From: an uncultured Chloroflexia bacterium
Lineage (GTDB): Bacteria; Chloroflexota; Anaerolineae; B4-G1; SLSP01
NCBI GenBank assembly: GCA_963751345.1
Contig: CAVVUS010000011.1
Coordinates: 224,001 to 288,000, forward strand
DNA length: 64,000 nt
Reading direction: 5' to 3'
The translations under genes and the position numbers were made by a program. Shown here piece after piece: positions 51,487 through 62,666 of the stretch. The notes beneath the pieces were generated by a model. That model worked only from the letters and a program-made list of their open reading frames with translations, searched no databases and was not told the origin of the DNA. The stretch's first letter is position 1. Every line of letters starts with the position of its first letter.

Positions 51487-51598
51487 TGTCGCCGGCGATC
51501 TAGGACATCAGGACCAATATCCTATTGCGAATACCTACGAGTTGGATTATGGTATAGGCAACGATGACATCAATGGTGTCGCCCTCAGGGGGGGTGGA

Positions 51599-51760
51599 AT
51601 GATCTACATGCCGGCCGAAGATGGACAGGGACTGGTGGAGTACGCGCTGATTATCATGCTCATCGCGCTCGTGGTGATCGCGATCGTCACGATCTTTGGG
51701 ACGACGCTCCTAGAGACGTACAGCCGTATCACCTCAGAGGTGATAGGGGCTGGTGCGTAG
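51599..51760 (+). CDS. flp: Flp family type IVb pilin
   Basis: EDG/QGLVEYALII cleavage motif followed by a hydrophobic helix. Confidence 0.88.
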   Translation: MIYMPAEDGQGLVEYALIIMLIALVVIAIVTIFGTTLLETYSRITSEVIGAGA

Positions 51761-51802
51761 CCAGGCCCAATAGTTCCCCACGATGTACGCCGCTGGCTCA
51801 GC

Positions 51803-54800
51803 CTACGCTGAGGCGCGATCCCACCAATCCGCCAGGATCTGGAGGGTCTCACTGAGGTTCTCGCGCCACTGAGACTCTTCCCACGCGAGGGCCAGCCAGA
51901 TCTCGCGGCGTCCCACGCGGGCGTGGTTCCCCAGCGCCCGCCTCAGTTGTCCGACCGCTGCAGCATCCTCATCTTTCAGCCACGGGGGCCGGAGCACGAT
52001 CTGGCCACTCTCGACGGCAATGGCTGGGATCCGCGCATCCCGCGCCAAGAGCTTGAGGCGCAACTGGTACATCAGGTTCTCCGCCATCGGCGGCAGCGGG
52101 CCAAAGCGGTCCTGGAGTTCCTCCCTCAACTGTGTCAGATCCTCCTCGGTGGCCAGATCCGCGAGACGGCGATAGAGCCGCAATCTGAGCCTGTCGTCGG
52201 GCACGTAGGCGGACGATAGGCCAACCGGCAGCGGAAGCTCGATGGTGATGGAGCCAATGGGTTCCGGCGGTATGGGCTCCCCGGCCTGCTCTGCTTTGAG
52301 GCGACCGACCGCACGGCTGAGAATCCGCGTGTAGAGCGTGAAGCCAACGGCAGCCACGTGACCGTGTTGCTTTCTTCCCAGGAGATCGCCTGCACCTCGA
52401 ATCTCCAGGTCCCTGAGTGCCACCGTGAATCCTCCCCCGCGACTTGACGTGTCGCGAAGTGCATACAGACGCTGCCCGGCCTCCTCGGTCATCCGGCGTT
52501 TGTGGAAGAAGTAGGCATACCCGCGCCGCGTCCCCCGGCCGATGCGCCCGCGCAGTTGGTAGAGCTGCGCCAGGCCGAAGCGATCCGCCCGCTCGACGAT
52601 CAAGGTGTTGGCGTTGGGAAAGTCCAGGCCGCTCTCAATGATGGTCGTGGCCAGCAGGATATCGATCTCACCGGCTGCAAACTCCGCCATCACTTTGCTG
52701 AGATCTCGCTCGTGCATCTGACCGTGGGCAATGCCCAACACGGCTTCCGGGACGAGATCCTGCAGACGTGCTGCCACCGTCTGGATCGAGTCCACACGGT
52801 TATGCACGTAGAAGATCTGACCACCGCGATTGAGCTCCCGCAGAATCGCCCGGCGCGCGATTTGCACATCGTAGGGCCCGACATAGGTCGCGATGGGCAG
52901 CCTCTCCTGCGGAGGGGTCTCGATGATACTGATGTCGCGCACGCCCGCCAGCGCCATATAGAGCGTCCGGGGGATGGGTGTGGCGGTGAGCGTCAGTACG
53001 TCGACCTCCGTCCGCATCTGCTTGAGCCGCTCTTTGTTCGCCACACCAAAGCGCTGTTCCTCATCGATGATCACTAGACCCAGGTTCTTCAGCTCGACAT
53101 CTTTCTGGAGCAACCGATGCGTCCCAATGACGATGTCGACCTTGCCTTCGCTCAATCGCTCCAGGACCTGTCGTTGCTCTGCCTCGGTGCGGAAACGCGA
53201 TAGCAGCTCGACGGTGACGGGGAAGGGGGCCAGCCGCTCGGCGAACGTCTGGTAGTGCTGCTGAGCCAACACCGTGGTGGGCACCAGCATCGCGACCTGC
53301 GTGTCGTCCATCACTGCCTTGAAGGCCGCCCGGAGTGCTACCTCGGTCTTCCCGTAACCCGCATCGCCGCAGATCAAGCGATCCATTGGGCGCGGCGTTT
53401 CCATGTCCCGCTTGACTGCATGAATCGCCTCGACCTGATCCTCCGTCTCGGCGTAGGGAAAGGCAGCCTCCAGCTCCCGCTGCCACTGCGTGTCGCCCGC
53501 AAACGCGTGGCCCGACACGATCTGCCGGGTCGCGTAGAGCTCCAGCAGCTCGCCGGCCAGCTCGTCCGCTGCCTTGGCGACACGTGCCTTTGTCTCCTCC
53601 CAGGCCCCGCCGCCCAACCGGCTCAGCCGCGGCTCCAGGCCCTCCGCGCCAACGTAACGTGAAAGCCGGTCCGCCTGATGGATGGGCACGAACAACTTGT
53701 CGCCGTGACCCTCTGCGCCGTTCTCACCGTTCTGCTCGCTCTGGGCACCCGGCGTGATGAACCGGTCCCCGCCGGGGCCGGCGTATTCGAGGAAAAGGTA
53801 CTCGCGGTCGATATTGTCGACACTGCGGGTCACCAGTCCCCGGTAGATGCCGATGCCGTAGTCCTCGTGAACCACCACATCGCCGGGCTGGAGATCGGCG
53901 AAGACCTGCTCGGGGGCCGTGGCTCTCCTCCGCGGCTGGCGCCGGGGCTCCGGCACGTGCCAGCCAAAGAGCTCCTCGTCGGTGAGCAGGTGCCGCACGC
54001 CGTCCGGGCCCCGCCACTGCCACCCGCCGTTCACCACGCCCTGCACAAAGGTGAGTAGCGACCCGGGTGGGGTGGGCAGCCCTTCGTGAACCGGTGGTGG
54101 GGTGAAATCCTGCCAGAGCTCCGCCATGCGCCCCGCCTGGCGGCTGGCGATCACGACTTGGTCGCCCAGGCTCACCCACTGACGGATACGGCCTAGGGCC
54201 TCCGGAAGGCGTCCGGCAAAATGGGGTTCGGGCGCGAAGACGTCGGCCAGCGGCCCGCCGCCCTCGGATTCGTCATCCTCCTCGCTGACCAGAGAGAGCA
54301 TATGATGGCGACTCAGCACGCTGCGCATCTGCGTCCACGGCGTGTAGGGCACGGGGGCCTCTTCCCCTCCCAGCAGAAGTCGTTCCTTGCGCGCCACCAC
54401 TCTCTGATCGGCCGCCTCTTTCTCCAGCTCCTCCCACTGCATCTGAAGGCGGTCACCTTCGTCCAGGATGACCAGGGCATCCGGCGGCAGATAGTGGAGG
54501 AGCGTACCTCCCTCCTGGTAGAGATAGGGCAGGTAGAACTCCAGATTCGGGAATGGAACGTGTGCCTCCAGGGCCTCCGCGTCGGATTCGAGCGTAACAC
54601 GAAACTCCGGTGGAGGGTCTGCCTTGAGCAGCTCCCTCACGACATCCAATGCGCGCTCACTGTCCTTGGGCAGCGCCTCTCGCACGGGCGTAAGCCAGAA
54701 ACCCTCGGAACGCCCGACGGACCGCTGTGTCTCGGGCTCAAAGGTCCTGATCGTGTCGATCTCATCGCCGAAGAACTCCAGACGATAGGGTTGGGTCGCC

Positions 54801-55396
54801 TGGGGTGGGTAGATGTCGAGCAAGCCCCCACGCCGGCTGAGCTGCCCGGGTGCCTGCACGACGCTGGTGGGCTCGTACCCTATCCCCATAGCGTGGCGCG
54901 CCAATTCGGTGAGGGACTCGTGAGCGCCAACTGCGATCCTGCGAATAGCACGCATGAACTGCCGGTAGGGCAGGGTACGGCGCATGAGGGCGCGGGCGGA
55001 CGTCACGACGACGGGCTTCGGTCGTCCCGCTGCGGTTTCCGTCTGGCTCATATAGAGCTGGGACAGCACGTCAAGCCGGTCCGTGATCACCTCGGGGGGC
55101 CAGGGCACGCGCTCGTAATGCAGCCCCGGTGGCTCGGGGAACGACATCAGGCGTTCGGGCGTGGCCATCCAGGTTCGCAGGGAGACGGCAAGCTGGCGAC
55201 TCTCCTCGACCGTCGGCGTAATGATCACGACCGGGGACGAAAGGTCGCCGACGAGCGCCGCGATGACGGCCGGCCGCGCACGCGCCAATAGCGACACGGC
55301 GGGCTGTTCCAGCCCTGCTTCGAGATCCCTCAGAAGAGATCCATAGGCAGGGTGCTCGCGAATCCAGGCGAGTAGACCGTGGAGCGAGGTGGGCAT
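51803..55396 (-). CDS. mfd: Transcription-repair coupling factor
   Basis: [59 protein letters not shown]-terminus. Confidence 0.96.
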   Translation of the reverse strand: MPTSLHGLLAWIREHPAYGSLLRDLEAGLEQPAVSLLARARPAVIAALVGDLSSPVVIITPTVEESRQLAVSLRTWMATPERLMSFPEPPGLHYERVPWPPEVITDRLDVLSQLYMSQTETAAGRPKPVVVTSARALMRRTLPYRQFMRAIRRIAVGAHESLTELARHAMGIGYEPTSVVQAPGQLSRRGGLLDIYPPQATQPYRLEFFGDEIDTIRTFEPETQRSVGRSEGFWLTPVREALPKDSERALDVVRELLKADPPPEFRVTLESDAEALEAHVPFPNLEFYLPYLYQEGGTLLHYLPPDALVILDEGDRLQMQWEELEKEAADQRVVARKERLLLGGEEAPVPYTPWTQMRSVLSRHHMLSLVSEEDDESEGGGPLADVFAPEPHFAGRLPEALGRIRQWVSLGDQVVIASRQAGRMAELWQDFTPPPVHEGLPTPPGSLLTFVQGVVNGGWQWRGPDGVRHLLTDEELFGWHVPEPRRQPRRRATAPEQVFADLQPGDVVVHEDYGIGIYRGLVTRSVDNIDREYLFLEYAGPGGDRFITPGAQSEQNGENGAEGHGDKLFVPIHQADRLSRYVGAEGLEPRLSRLGGGAWEETKARVAKAADELAGELLELYATRQIVSGHAFAGDTQWQRELEAAFPYAETEDQVEAIHAVKRDMETPRPMDRLICGDAGYGKTEVALRAAFKAVMDDTQVAMLVPTTVLAQQHYQTFAERLAPFPVTVELLSRFRTEAEQRQVLERLSEGKVDIVIGTHRLLQKDVELKNLGLVIIDEEQRFGVANKERLKQMRTEVDVLTLTATPIPRTLYMALAGVRDISIIETPPQERLPIATYVGPYDVQIARRAILRELNRGGQIFYVHNRVDSIQTVAARLQDLVPEAVLGIAHGQMHERDLSKVMAEFAAGEIDILLATTIIESGLDFPNANTLIVERADRFGLAQLYQLRGRIGRGTRRGYAYFFHKRRMTEEAGQRLYALRDTSSRGGGFTVALRDLEIRGAGDLLGRKQHGHVAAVGFTLYTRILSRAVGRLKAEQAGEPIPPEPIGSITIELPLPVGLSSAYVPDDRLRLRLYRRLADLATEEDLTQLREELQDRFGPLPPMAENLMYQLRLKLLARDARIPAIAVESGQIVLRPPWLKDEDAAAVGQLRRALGNHARVGRREIWLALAWEESQWRENLSETLQILADWWDRASA

Positions 55397-55405
55397 TTCC
55401 TCTCG

Positions 55406-55993
55406 TTAGCTGGCCGGTTCGACCCGCCAGGTCATCCCCTGGCGCTGTAGGTCGGGGTTACCCATCAGCCAATCCAGGATCAGGCCGCGCGCAGTCCGAA
55501 GTACCTCCCAGACCAGCGCCATTTCCTCTTCTGAGAAGTCCTGTAGAACGTACGCCGCCGGGTCCATCCGCCCCGGGGGCCGACCGATCCCCAACCTGAG
55601 ACGCGGCACGGCCTCAGTCCCGAGTGTGTCCAGGATGGACTGCACGCCGCGATGTCCGCCGCTGCTGCCCTCGCTGCGGAAGCGGACTGTGCCCAGGGGA
55701 ATATCGAGGTCGTCGTAGATGACGAGCATATCCTGGGGTTCTACCTTGTAGAAGCGAGCCAGCGGCCCGACGGATTTCCCGCTGTCATTCATCCACGTCT
55801 GGGGCTGGGCCAGAATCACGCGTTGATCGTTGATCAGACCGTGAGCCGTCTTGGCCTGATGCTCCGTCCGCGAGAAGGTGAGGCTGTAAGCCTCAGCTAC
55901 TGCTTCGACGGCGCGAAAACCGATGTTGTGGCGGTTGTCGGCATACCGAGGACCCGGATTCCCCAATCCGGTAATCAGTGCGAATTGGGTCAC
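55406..55993 (-). CDS. pth: Peptidyl-tRNA hydrolase
   Basis: GLGNPG, RHNIGF, MNDSG, YDDLD, GHRG, RLRLGIG. Confidence 0.96.
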   Translation of the reverse strand: MTQFALITGLGNPGPRYADNRHNIGFRAVEAVAEAYSLTFSRTEHQAKTAHGLINDQRVILAQPQTWMNDSGKSVGPLARFYKVEPQDMLVIYDDLDIPLGTVRFRSEGSSGGHRGVQSILDTLGTEAVPRLRLGIGRPPGRMDPAAYVLQDFSEEEMALVWEVLRTARGLILDWLMGNPDLQRQGMTWRVEPAS

Positions 55994-56850
55994 GGACTCG
56001 GTTTCCGCTTTGTCTGGCGCAGATAGTAGCGGATCACGGCCTTTGCGACCACATAGAGGATGCCTACGGCGTAGATCAGGACGGCCAACTGCGCGCCAAG
56101 CACAAAGGCCTGTTTGACTGCCTGGATTGAGAAGATGCCTTCGGGTAGGAGCCCACCACTGCCATCCTCGCTGCCTGAATCGCCCGTCCCCGCGGCGCCT
56201 CCCGGGAGGAGAGTAGGGGTGGGTCTGGGCGTTGCCGTGGCCGGCTGGACGATGGTCGCGCCTGCAGGTGGAGGCAAAGGCTCGTTCGTCGCCTCGGCCT
56301 GTGCGGTTTCCTCCGGGTTCGGCGTCGCCGTGGGTTCGGGCGTCGGCGTCGTCTCCTCGTTGTTGACCGTCAAGTTGTTCACGAAGTGGACCAGCGGAGT
56401 TTCATTCCCAGCCTCGTAGACCACCAGTGCCAGCACGTACTGCCCATTGGGTACCTGCGTCGTGTCCCAGGTACCGAGAACTCCGTTCACGACCATGTTT
56501 TGGACATTCCAGGCAATAGGATTGCTGGAGTTCCACGAGGTTTCCCCTGTCACCCTCGATCCGGGCGCATAGAGCACACCGTAGGAGACGAAGTTGGGGT
56601 TCGTGGCGGTCCCCTGGATGGCGACCTCGCCGCTCAACGTCGCGCCCTCACCGGGGCTGGTGATGACGAGCACATTGTCTTGAGCTAGCGGTGCCGCGAG
56701 CCCTGATTGCAGCGGGAGACCGGCAAGGCACAGGGACACCGCGAGAACTCTAGCGATCCACATGACTCGCGAGATGAGCCCACCCTGTGTTCCCGGCATA
56801 CGCGCTTGCCCATTCCCGACACCAAGCCGACTGGCATTTGTAGGCAGCAT
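55990..56850 (-). CDS. Secreted/membrane-anchored protein with Ig-like domain and Pro/Thr linker
   Basis: Signal-like segment, ITSPGEGATLSGEV..WDTTQVPNGQY Ig-like motif, PT-rich linker, C-terminal TM and basic tail. AGGAG RBS. Confidence 0.7.
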   Translation of the reverse strand: MLPTNASRLGVGNGQARMPGTQGGLISRVMWIARVLAVSLCLAGLPLQSGLAAPLAQDNVLVITSPGEGATLSGEVAIQGTATNPNFVSYGVLYAPGSRVTGETSWNSSNPIAWNVQNMVVNGVLGTWDTTQVPNGQYVLALVVYEAGNETPLVHFVNNLTVNNEETTPTPEPTATPNPEETAQAEATNEPLPPPAGATIVQPATATPRPTPTLLPGGAAGTGDSGSEDGSGGLLPEGIFSIQAVKQAFVLGAQLAVLIYAVGILYVVAKAVIRYYLRQTKRKPSP

Positions 56851-57068
56851 ATGAGCTCCTCGTGTAGAATTTGCGACTAGGAAGTCTAACATGGATGAAA
56901 TGCTTGGCAAGTCAAGGAGGGGAGCGCTCAAACGTGGGAACCTTACGGGAAGGTCAGTAAGTTGCCTCTCAATGACGAAGATTTCGCTGATGTTCCCGGA
57001 AGGTAGCTGCAACTTCTTCGCCGATCCGTCGTATACTTACATGTAAGCACAATACGGAGGTGAGAGAT

Positions 57069-57257
57069 ATGTCAAACCATGAGAAGCTGCGTAGACAAAA
57101 CGGCATCATTGCCGGTGTATGTGGGGGGTTGGGTGAGTTCTACGGCATCGCGCCCTTCTGGTTCCGCCTGTTGTTCCTGATTTTATTCCTGCCGGGTGGA
57201 CTCCCTGGGCTCGTGCCGTACCTGATCCTGTGGATCGTCATCCCGCGCAAGCGCTAG
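57069..57257 (+). CDS. pspC: PspC domain protein
   Basis: [27 protein letters not shown]. Confidence 0.9.
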   Translation: MSNHEKLRRQNGIIAGVCGGLGEFYGIAPFWFRLLFLILFLPGGLPGLVPYLILWIVIPRKR

Positions 57258-57303
57258 GATCGCCACATCTCGAAGCGCTCGCGCACGCAGACAGCGCCGC
57301 TGT

Positions 57304-57347
57304 AAGCTGAGGCAGTCCGGGCATGGTGCCGCGGATTGCCTCAGCTT
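57304..57347 (+). terminator. Hairpin after pspC
   Basis: AAGCTGAGGCAGTCCG...CGGATTGCCTCAGCTT, followed by TGCTATACT (extended -10 for zwf). Confidence 0.55.
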
Positions 57348-57411
57348 GTATCGCCCCTGTGCTATACTTATCAGGGTCTGGTGTTTGTGCAACCCTGAGA
57401 GGAGGGCACCC

Positions 57412-58872
57412 ATGGACGAACAATCGAGGCCGTCTACCATCGTCATTTTCGGTGCGTCGGGCGATCTGACCCAGCGCAAACTTGTGCCGGCGCTTCATAG
57501 CTTGGCCTGCGAGGCACTGCTCCCCGATGGCGTGCGGGTCATCGGCATAGCCCGTTCGGAGTTCACCGACGAAAGCTTCCGGGATCATCTCTACGAGGGG
57601 ATCGAGGCCTACGCACGACGTAAGCCTGCCGTATGCGAGTTATGGTCGGGTATGGCGGATAGCTATACGTACCTGCAAGGGGAGTACGACGATCCCGAGA
57701 CCTATCGGCGCCTCAAGCAATTGCTCGATTCGGGGGACGTGGCAGACGGTGGGAAGGGCAACCGTCTCTTCTACCTATCGGTGCCACCCGTCGTCTACGG
57801 GGATATCGTCGAGCGCCTCGGCACGTCAGGTCTCAGCCATACCGATGGGGGATGGGCACGCATCGTGGTCGAGAAACCGTTCGGTCACGACTTCGACAGT
57901 GCTCGGGCTCTCAACGAGAGGATTCACACGGTTTTTGCAGAGGATCAGATTTTCCGGATTGATCATTATCTGGGCAAAGAGACAGTCCAGAACATCCTCA
58001 CCTTCCGCTTCGCCAACGCCATTTTCGAGCCGCTTTGGAACAGGCAGTACGTCGACCATGTAGAGATCACAGTAACAGAGTCGGTGCTGGTCGGCCACCG
58101 GGCCGGATACTACGATACAGCCGGTGTGCTGCGGGACATGCTCCAGAACCATCTCCTGCAGCTTCTCTCGCTGACCGCGATGGAGCCGCCGGCAACGATC
58201 AACGCGGATGCGCTGCGGGATGAGAAGGTCAAGGTGCTGCACGCCGTCAGGAAGCCACTGCTCGATGATATGGTGCTGGGGCAGTACCAGGGCTACCTTG
58301 ATGAAAAGGGTGTGGCCAAGGGGTCGCGAACGCCGACATACGCGGCGATCCGTTTCTTCGTCGACAATTGGCGATGGCAGGGGGTGCCCTTCTACCTGCA
58401 GTCCGGCAAGGGACTCAAGAACAAGGTCTCCGAGATCACACTGCAGTTCAAGAAGGTGCCGCATCTCCTCTTCCCCGATAGCGCCTCACTGGCCCCGAAT
58501 CTGTTGGCCATCTGCATCCAGCCTGACGAGGCGATTCATCTTCGCTTTGAGACCAAGCAGCCCGGCACAGGGATGCACAGCGTACCGGTCGACATGAACT
58601 TCGCCTACTCCCAGAACTTCGGCGGCAATGCGCTGCCTGAAGCCTATGAGCGCCTGCTACTCGATGCGCTTCAGGGCGACGCCTCACTCTTCGCCCGAGC
58701 CGACGAGATAGAGCTGGCCTGGAAGTTGATCGATCGACTGACCGGCACCGGTGCGCCACTTCCTTACGAGGTCGGGTCGTGGGGGCCGTCTGCGGCCAAC
58801 GACTTGATCTCCAAGGAAGGGTGCACGTGGCATTTCGGCTGCACTGAGGACGACGGTTCCTCGGCATCGTAG
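57412..58872 (+). CDS. zwf: Glucose-6-phosphate 1-dehydrogenase
   Basis: [40 protein letters not shown]. Confidence 0.96.
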   Translation: MDEQSRPSTIVIFGASGDLTQRKLVPALHSLACEALLPDGVRVIGIARSEFTDESFRDHLYEGIEAYARRKPAVCELWSGMADSYTYLQGEYDDPETYRRLKQLLDSGDVADGGKGNRLFYLSVPPVVYGDIVERLGTSGLSHTDGGWARIVVEKPFGHDFDSARALNERIHTVFAEDQIFRIDHYLGKETVQNILTFRFANAIFEPLWNRQYVDHVEITVTESVLVGHRAGYYDTAGVLRDMLQNHLLQLLSLTAMEPPATINADALRDEKVKVLHAVRKPLLDDMVLGQYQGYLDEKGVAKGSRTPTYAAIRFFVDNWRWQGVPFYLQSGKGLKNKVSEITLQFKKVPHLLFPDSASLAPNLLAICIQPDEAIHLRFETKQPGTGMHSVPVDMNFAYSQNFGGNALPEAYERLLLDALQGDASLFARADEIELAWKLIDRLTGTGAPLPYEVGSWGPSAANDLISKEGCTWHFGCTEDDGSSAS

Positions 58873-60412
58873 ATGAGACAAGGGGGGGCGTTGAACGATA
58901 GAGAACCAGAAGAACCGGCGGGGGAGCGGGAGGACGAGGGATCCCTCTACAGGGTGGAGCGAGACTCCATGGGCGAGATGCAGGTTCCCTGGGACGCACT
59001 GTGGGGTGCCCAAACTCAACGGGCGGTCGCCAACTTCCCGATCTCCGGGATCCGATTCGGCCGCAGGTTCATTCACGCCCTGGGATCCGTCAAGCGGGCG
59101 TGCGCGTTGGCCAACGAGGATCTGGCACTGCTGGCGCCGGATGTGACGGGTGCCATCGTGGCGGCGTGTGATGAGGTGATCCGGGGTGACCTAGATGCTC
59201 ACTTCCCGCTCGACGTATTCCAAACAGGCTCGGGCACCTCGACGAACATGAACGCCAACGAAGTCATCGCGATGCGGGCGATGCAGGTGCTCGCGGGTGC
59301 CCAACATTCGCAAGGTTCACGAACCTTGGCCCGCCGAGTAGTAGGGCGGGTTGCGAGGGTTCAGAGCGGAAGGTCCTGCAATAGCGACCCTGATCCACCC
59401 CAACGACCACGTCAACATGAGCCAATCCAGCAATGACGTGATCCCCACGGCGATCCACGTGGCGCTCACGCTGGCGCTGCGGGACGAGCTCGTACCCGCG
59501 CTCACGCAGCTTGCCGATGCGCTGGGGGAGAAGGCCGTGGCCTTTGACGCCGTCGTGAAGACCGGGAGAACGCATCTCCAGGACGCGACCCCCATCCGTA
59601 TGGGTCAGGTCTTCGGTGGCTATGAAGCACAGGCGCGATCGGCCGTGGCGCGTGCCCGGCAGGCCATCGCGGCCCTGCGCGCGCTTCCGCTTGGCGGCAC
59701 GGCCGTTGGGACCGGCCTGAATTGTCCCGTCGGATTCCCGGCACGCGCGATTGCCCATTTGAATGAGGCACTGGGCACCACATTCGTTGAGGCCGGGAAC
59801 CACGTCGAGGCCAACGCAGCGAGGGACGCTGTGGTTGAGGCCTCCGGGCACCTCAAGACGATCGCGGTGGCGCTGCACAAGATTGCGAATGATATCCGGT
59901 GGATGGCCTCGGGGCCGCGCAACGGCCTGGGCGAGCTTCGCTTGCCCGCGGTCCAGCCCGGCTCCTCTATCATGCCGGGCAAGGTCAACCCCGTCATTGC
60001 CGAAGCGTTGATTATGGTCTGCGCACAGGTCATCGGCTTCGACGTGGCCAACACACTGGGCGGATTAGGCGGCTACTTCGAGCTGAACCTGATGATGCCG
60101 CTGTTGGCGCACAACACGCTCCACGCAACGGAGATGCTCTCCAACGCGACCTCGCTCTTCTCACGGAAGTGTGTGGCCGGTCTCGAGGTCGACGCCGCTC
60201 GCTGCGAGGCGTCGGTCGAGCGTAACCTCGCGCTCGCGACGGCGCTCGCGCCCGCAATCGGGTACGATCGTGCTGCTGAGATCGCCAAGGCCGCGCAGGC
60301 CTCGGGTCGCACGGTGCGCGAGGTCGCGCTGGCTGAGAGCGTGCTTCCGGCTGAAGAGATCGATGCACTACTTGACGCACGGAAGATGACCGAGCCCGGC
60401 CTAGGTTCGTAG
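58873..60412 (+). CDS. fumC: Class II fumarate hydratase with a palindromic insertion and frameshift at ~59300-59390
   Basis: [17 protein letters not shown]; then [22 protein letters not shown] and [11 protein letters not shown] in the next frame. Confidence 0.88.
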
Positions 60413-60509
60413 TAACGACTTCAGTCGTTCCGCCTCGGACGACACGCCTCAAGAGGCGCGCCCAGCGGACTGGGCGGGAGCAGAGCCGATGAATCGGTTC
60501 CTACGAACC
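60404..60509. repeat. REPIN-like doublet of GTAG-type REPs
   Basis: GGTTCGTAGTAACGACTTCAGTCGTT...CCGATGAATCGGTTCCTACGAACC; each half is palindromic and the ends are inverted. Confidence 0.75.
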
Positions 60510-60520
60510 CGTATGTGCGC

Positions 60521-62167
60521 CTACCCCCCTCTCACCTGTCCGATCCGGTGCTCCGCGTAATAGGTATAGTCACCCGCGTACTCCGTCAACGCGCCCTCCT
60601 CCAGCTCAACGATGCGCGTGACGGACCTATCGAGGAAGTAGCGGTCGTGTGAGATCACCAGCAGCGTGCCCTCGAAGTCGTCCAACGCTTGCTCCAGCAC
60701 CTCGCACGACGGCAAGTCCAGGTTGTTCGTCGGCTCGTCGAGGAGCAGGAAGTTGGCGTCTGAGAGCATCAACTTGGCCAACTGAAGGCGGCTGCGCTCG
60801 CCTCCCGACAATGTGCTGACCTTGTCGCGGGTGCGCCGGTAGGGGAAAAGGAATCGCCGCAGGAAGTTGACGGCGGCGTGCTCGGACATCGAGCGGGCCT
60901 CCCAAATCTCCTCGATCAGCGTCCGGTCGGGATTGAGCGTCTCGTGTTCCTGGGCGTAGTAGCCCACCGTCACGCTTGGCCCGATCGCGATGAGGCCCGA
61001 CGTGGGGGCTTCCTGCCCCAGGATACAGCGAAGGAGCACGCTCTTGCCGGTGCCGTTGGCGCCCAGCAGGCCGACCCGCTCGCCACGCCAGACCAGAAGG
61101 TTCAGCCCCAGCAGGATAGGGTCGTCGTCGAAGACCTTGTCGAGGTCGTTGATCTCAAGCACCTTCTGCGACCCGCGCCAACCGCCGAGAGCCAACCCCA
61201 TCCGTTCGCGGTCCGTGATGGGCTTCTCGACCTTGTCCATCCGCTCCAGCATCTTCTGGCGTGAGCGAGCCTGCCGGATGTGACGCTCGTCGACCACGAT
61301 ACTGGCCCAATACTCGAAACGTGCGATGGCGGCCTCGATCCTGGCGATCTCTTTCTGCTGCGCTGCGTAGAGCTGTTCTTGGCGTAGCAGGCGCAACTGC
61401 TTCTCCGCGCTGTAGGCCGAGTAGTTGCCGACGTAGAGGGTCAGCCGATGGTCCTCGACCTCGGCAATGGTCGAGACGGTCTCGTCCAGGAGATACCGGT
61501 CGTGAGAGACGATGATGATGGTGCCGGGAAATGACTCGATGAAGTGCTCCAGCCTCGCCTTGCCTTCGAGGTCGAGGTGGTTGTCAGGTTCGTCCAGCAG
61601 GAGGAGGTCGCAGTGGGTGGCCAGGAGCCTGGCCAGGCCGAGCATCTTCTTCTGCCCGCCTGACAACACATCGACCTTGACGTCTTGGTCTCGATCCTCA
61701 AAGCCCACGGCCTGAAGCGCTTGGCGGCAGAGGCTCTCATATCTATAGCCCCCGAGCTGCTCGAATAGCTCCTGCTCGCGTGCGTGTGCGGCAAGCGTGC
61801 GCTCGAAGGCTGCCGGGTCGCCAGAGACCTCTGGACGACCCATCTGCGCCTCCAACGACCGCATATGCGACTCGATCCGCTGCAGCCGCCGGTCGGCGCC
61901 AAGCACGACCTCCCAGATGGTGGCGCCCGGATCGAAGGAAGGGTCCTGTGGCAAGTAGCCGATGCGGGTCTTGTGGCGGATGACGTGACCGCCGTCCGGC
62001 TGTAGCTCCCCGAGGATCAGACGCAGTAGCGTCGATTTGCCCGCTCCATTGGGACCCACCAACCCAATGCGCTGTCCGAGCTGGATCTCCCACGAGACTT
62101 CATCGAGGATCAGCTCTGCGGCGTGGTGGAAGACCACCCGGTCAAGATGTACCAGAATCTCACTCAT
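60521..62167 (-). CDS. ABC-F family ribosome-associated ATPase
   Basis: Two NBDs (GPNGAGKST/LSGGQ/LDEPDNH and GANGTGKS/LSGGE/LDEPTNN), a helical linker and no TM segments. Confidence 0.92.
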   Translation of the reverse strand: MSEILVHLDRVVFHHAAELILDEVSWEIQLGQRIGLVGPNGAGKSTLLRLILGELQPDGGHVIRHKTRIGYLPQDPSFDPGATIWEVVLGADRRLQRIESHMRSLEAQMGRPEVSGDPAAFERTLAAHAREQELFEQLGGYRYESLCRQALQAVGFEDRDQDVKVDVLSGGQKKMLGLARLLATHCDLLLLDEPDNHLDLEGKARLEHFIESFPGTIIIVSHDRYLLDETVSTIAEVEDHRLTLYVGNYSAYSAEKQLRLLRQEQLYAAQQKEIARIEAAIARFEYWASIVVDERHIRQARSRQKMLERMDKVEKPITDRERMGLALGGWRGSQKVLEINDLDKVFDDDPILLGLNLLVWRGERVGLLGANGTGKSVLLRCILGQEAPTSGLIAIGPSVTVGYYAQEHETLNPDRTLIEEIWEARSMSEHAAVNFLRRFLFPYRRTRDKVSTLSGGERSRLQLAKLMLSDANFLLLDEPTNNLDLPSCEVLEQALDDFEGTLLVISHDRYFLDRSVTRIVELEEGALTEYAGDYTYYAEHRIGQVRGG

Positions 62168-62240
62168 GTCCCGTCTCCCCTGTGGTTGGCGCCGTGAGGG
62201 CTTGCGTCACGGCGGGGGGAGCGCGTCCATCAAGGGTACG

Positions 62241-62450
62241 AGAAAGCCGTGAGCGCAAGCGCGCCCACGGCTTGATAAGTGCTTCTTAACCTGCGGCCCG
62301 AAGGCCGCGTTCAGCTCGTCGAGGGGCGCACCGCTAAGAAGGGTGCGCATCCGTAAACGAGATGACGCCACGCAGCGTCAAGTTTGAGCTTCCCAGCAGA
62401 AATGTGATCATTTCAGATGCTCTATCTCATCCTTTCTGCTGACCATTCTA
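62241..62450 (-). promoter_or_regulatory. Leader-peptide transcription attenuator upstream of ABC-F
   Basis: TAGAAT -10, a uORF, an anti-antiterminator, a UUCG hairpin and the terminator AGCCGTGGGCGC/GCGCTCACGGCT-TTCT. Confidence 0.7.
62334..62411 (-). CDS. Putative leader peptide MITFLLGSSNLTLRGVISFTDAHPS
   Basis: 25-aa ORF whose stop codon lies in the loop of the GCGCACC/GGTGCGC hairpin. Confidence 0.5.
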   Translation of the reverse strand: MITFLLGSSNLTLRGVISFTDAHPS

Positions 62451-62666
62451 CCCTATTTCGGCAGACCCGCTAACGGAATCGTACCTTTCCAACCAAATCC
62501 AGCCAAGAGCCAACCAAGACCATCGGCTGAGTAAGCCTCCGTCGTCCTATAGTCCTTGTACTGGTAACTATCGCCTAAGCTGCAGCCGACTGCAAAATCT
62601 CCCCTCCGACATCACGCCGCCGGTGAGATCCTTATGCTACAGCGCATAGTGGGAAAGGCACGGGCT

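Noticed and set aside
4185-60412. About 13 frameshifted genes suggesting mass pseudogenisation or programmed frameshifting
   Set aside because: They are single-base indels in otherwise intact genes (lpdA, msrA, ABC transporters), with no in-frame stops or shared slippery motif. Uncorrected long-read errors are the simplest explanation.
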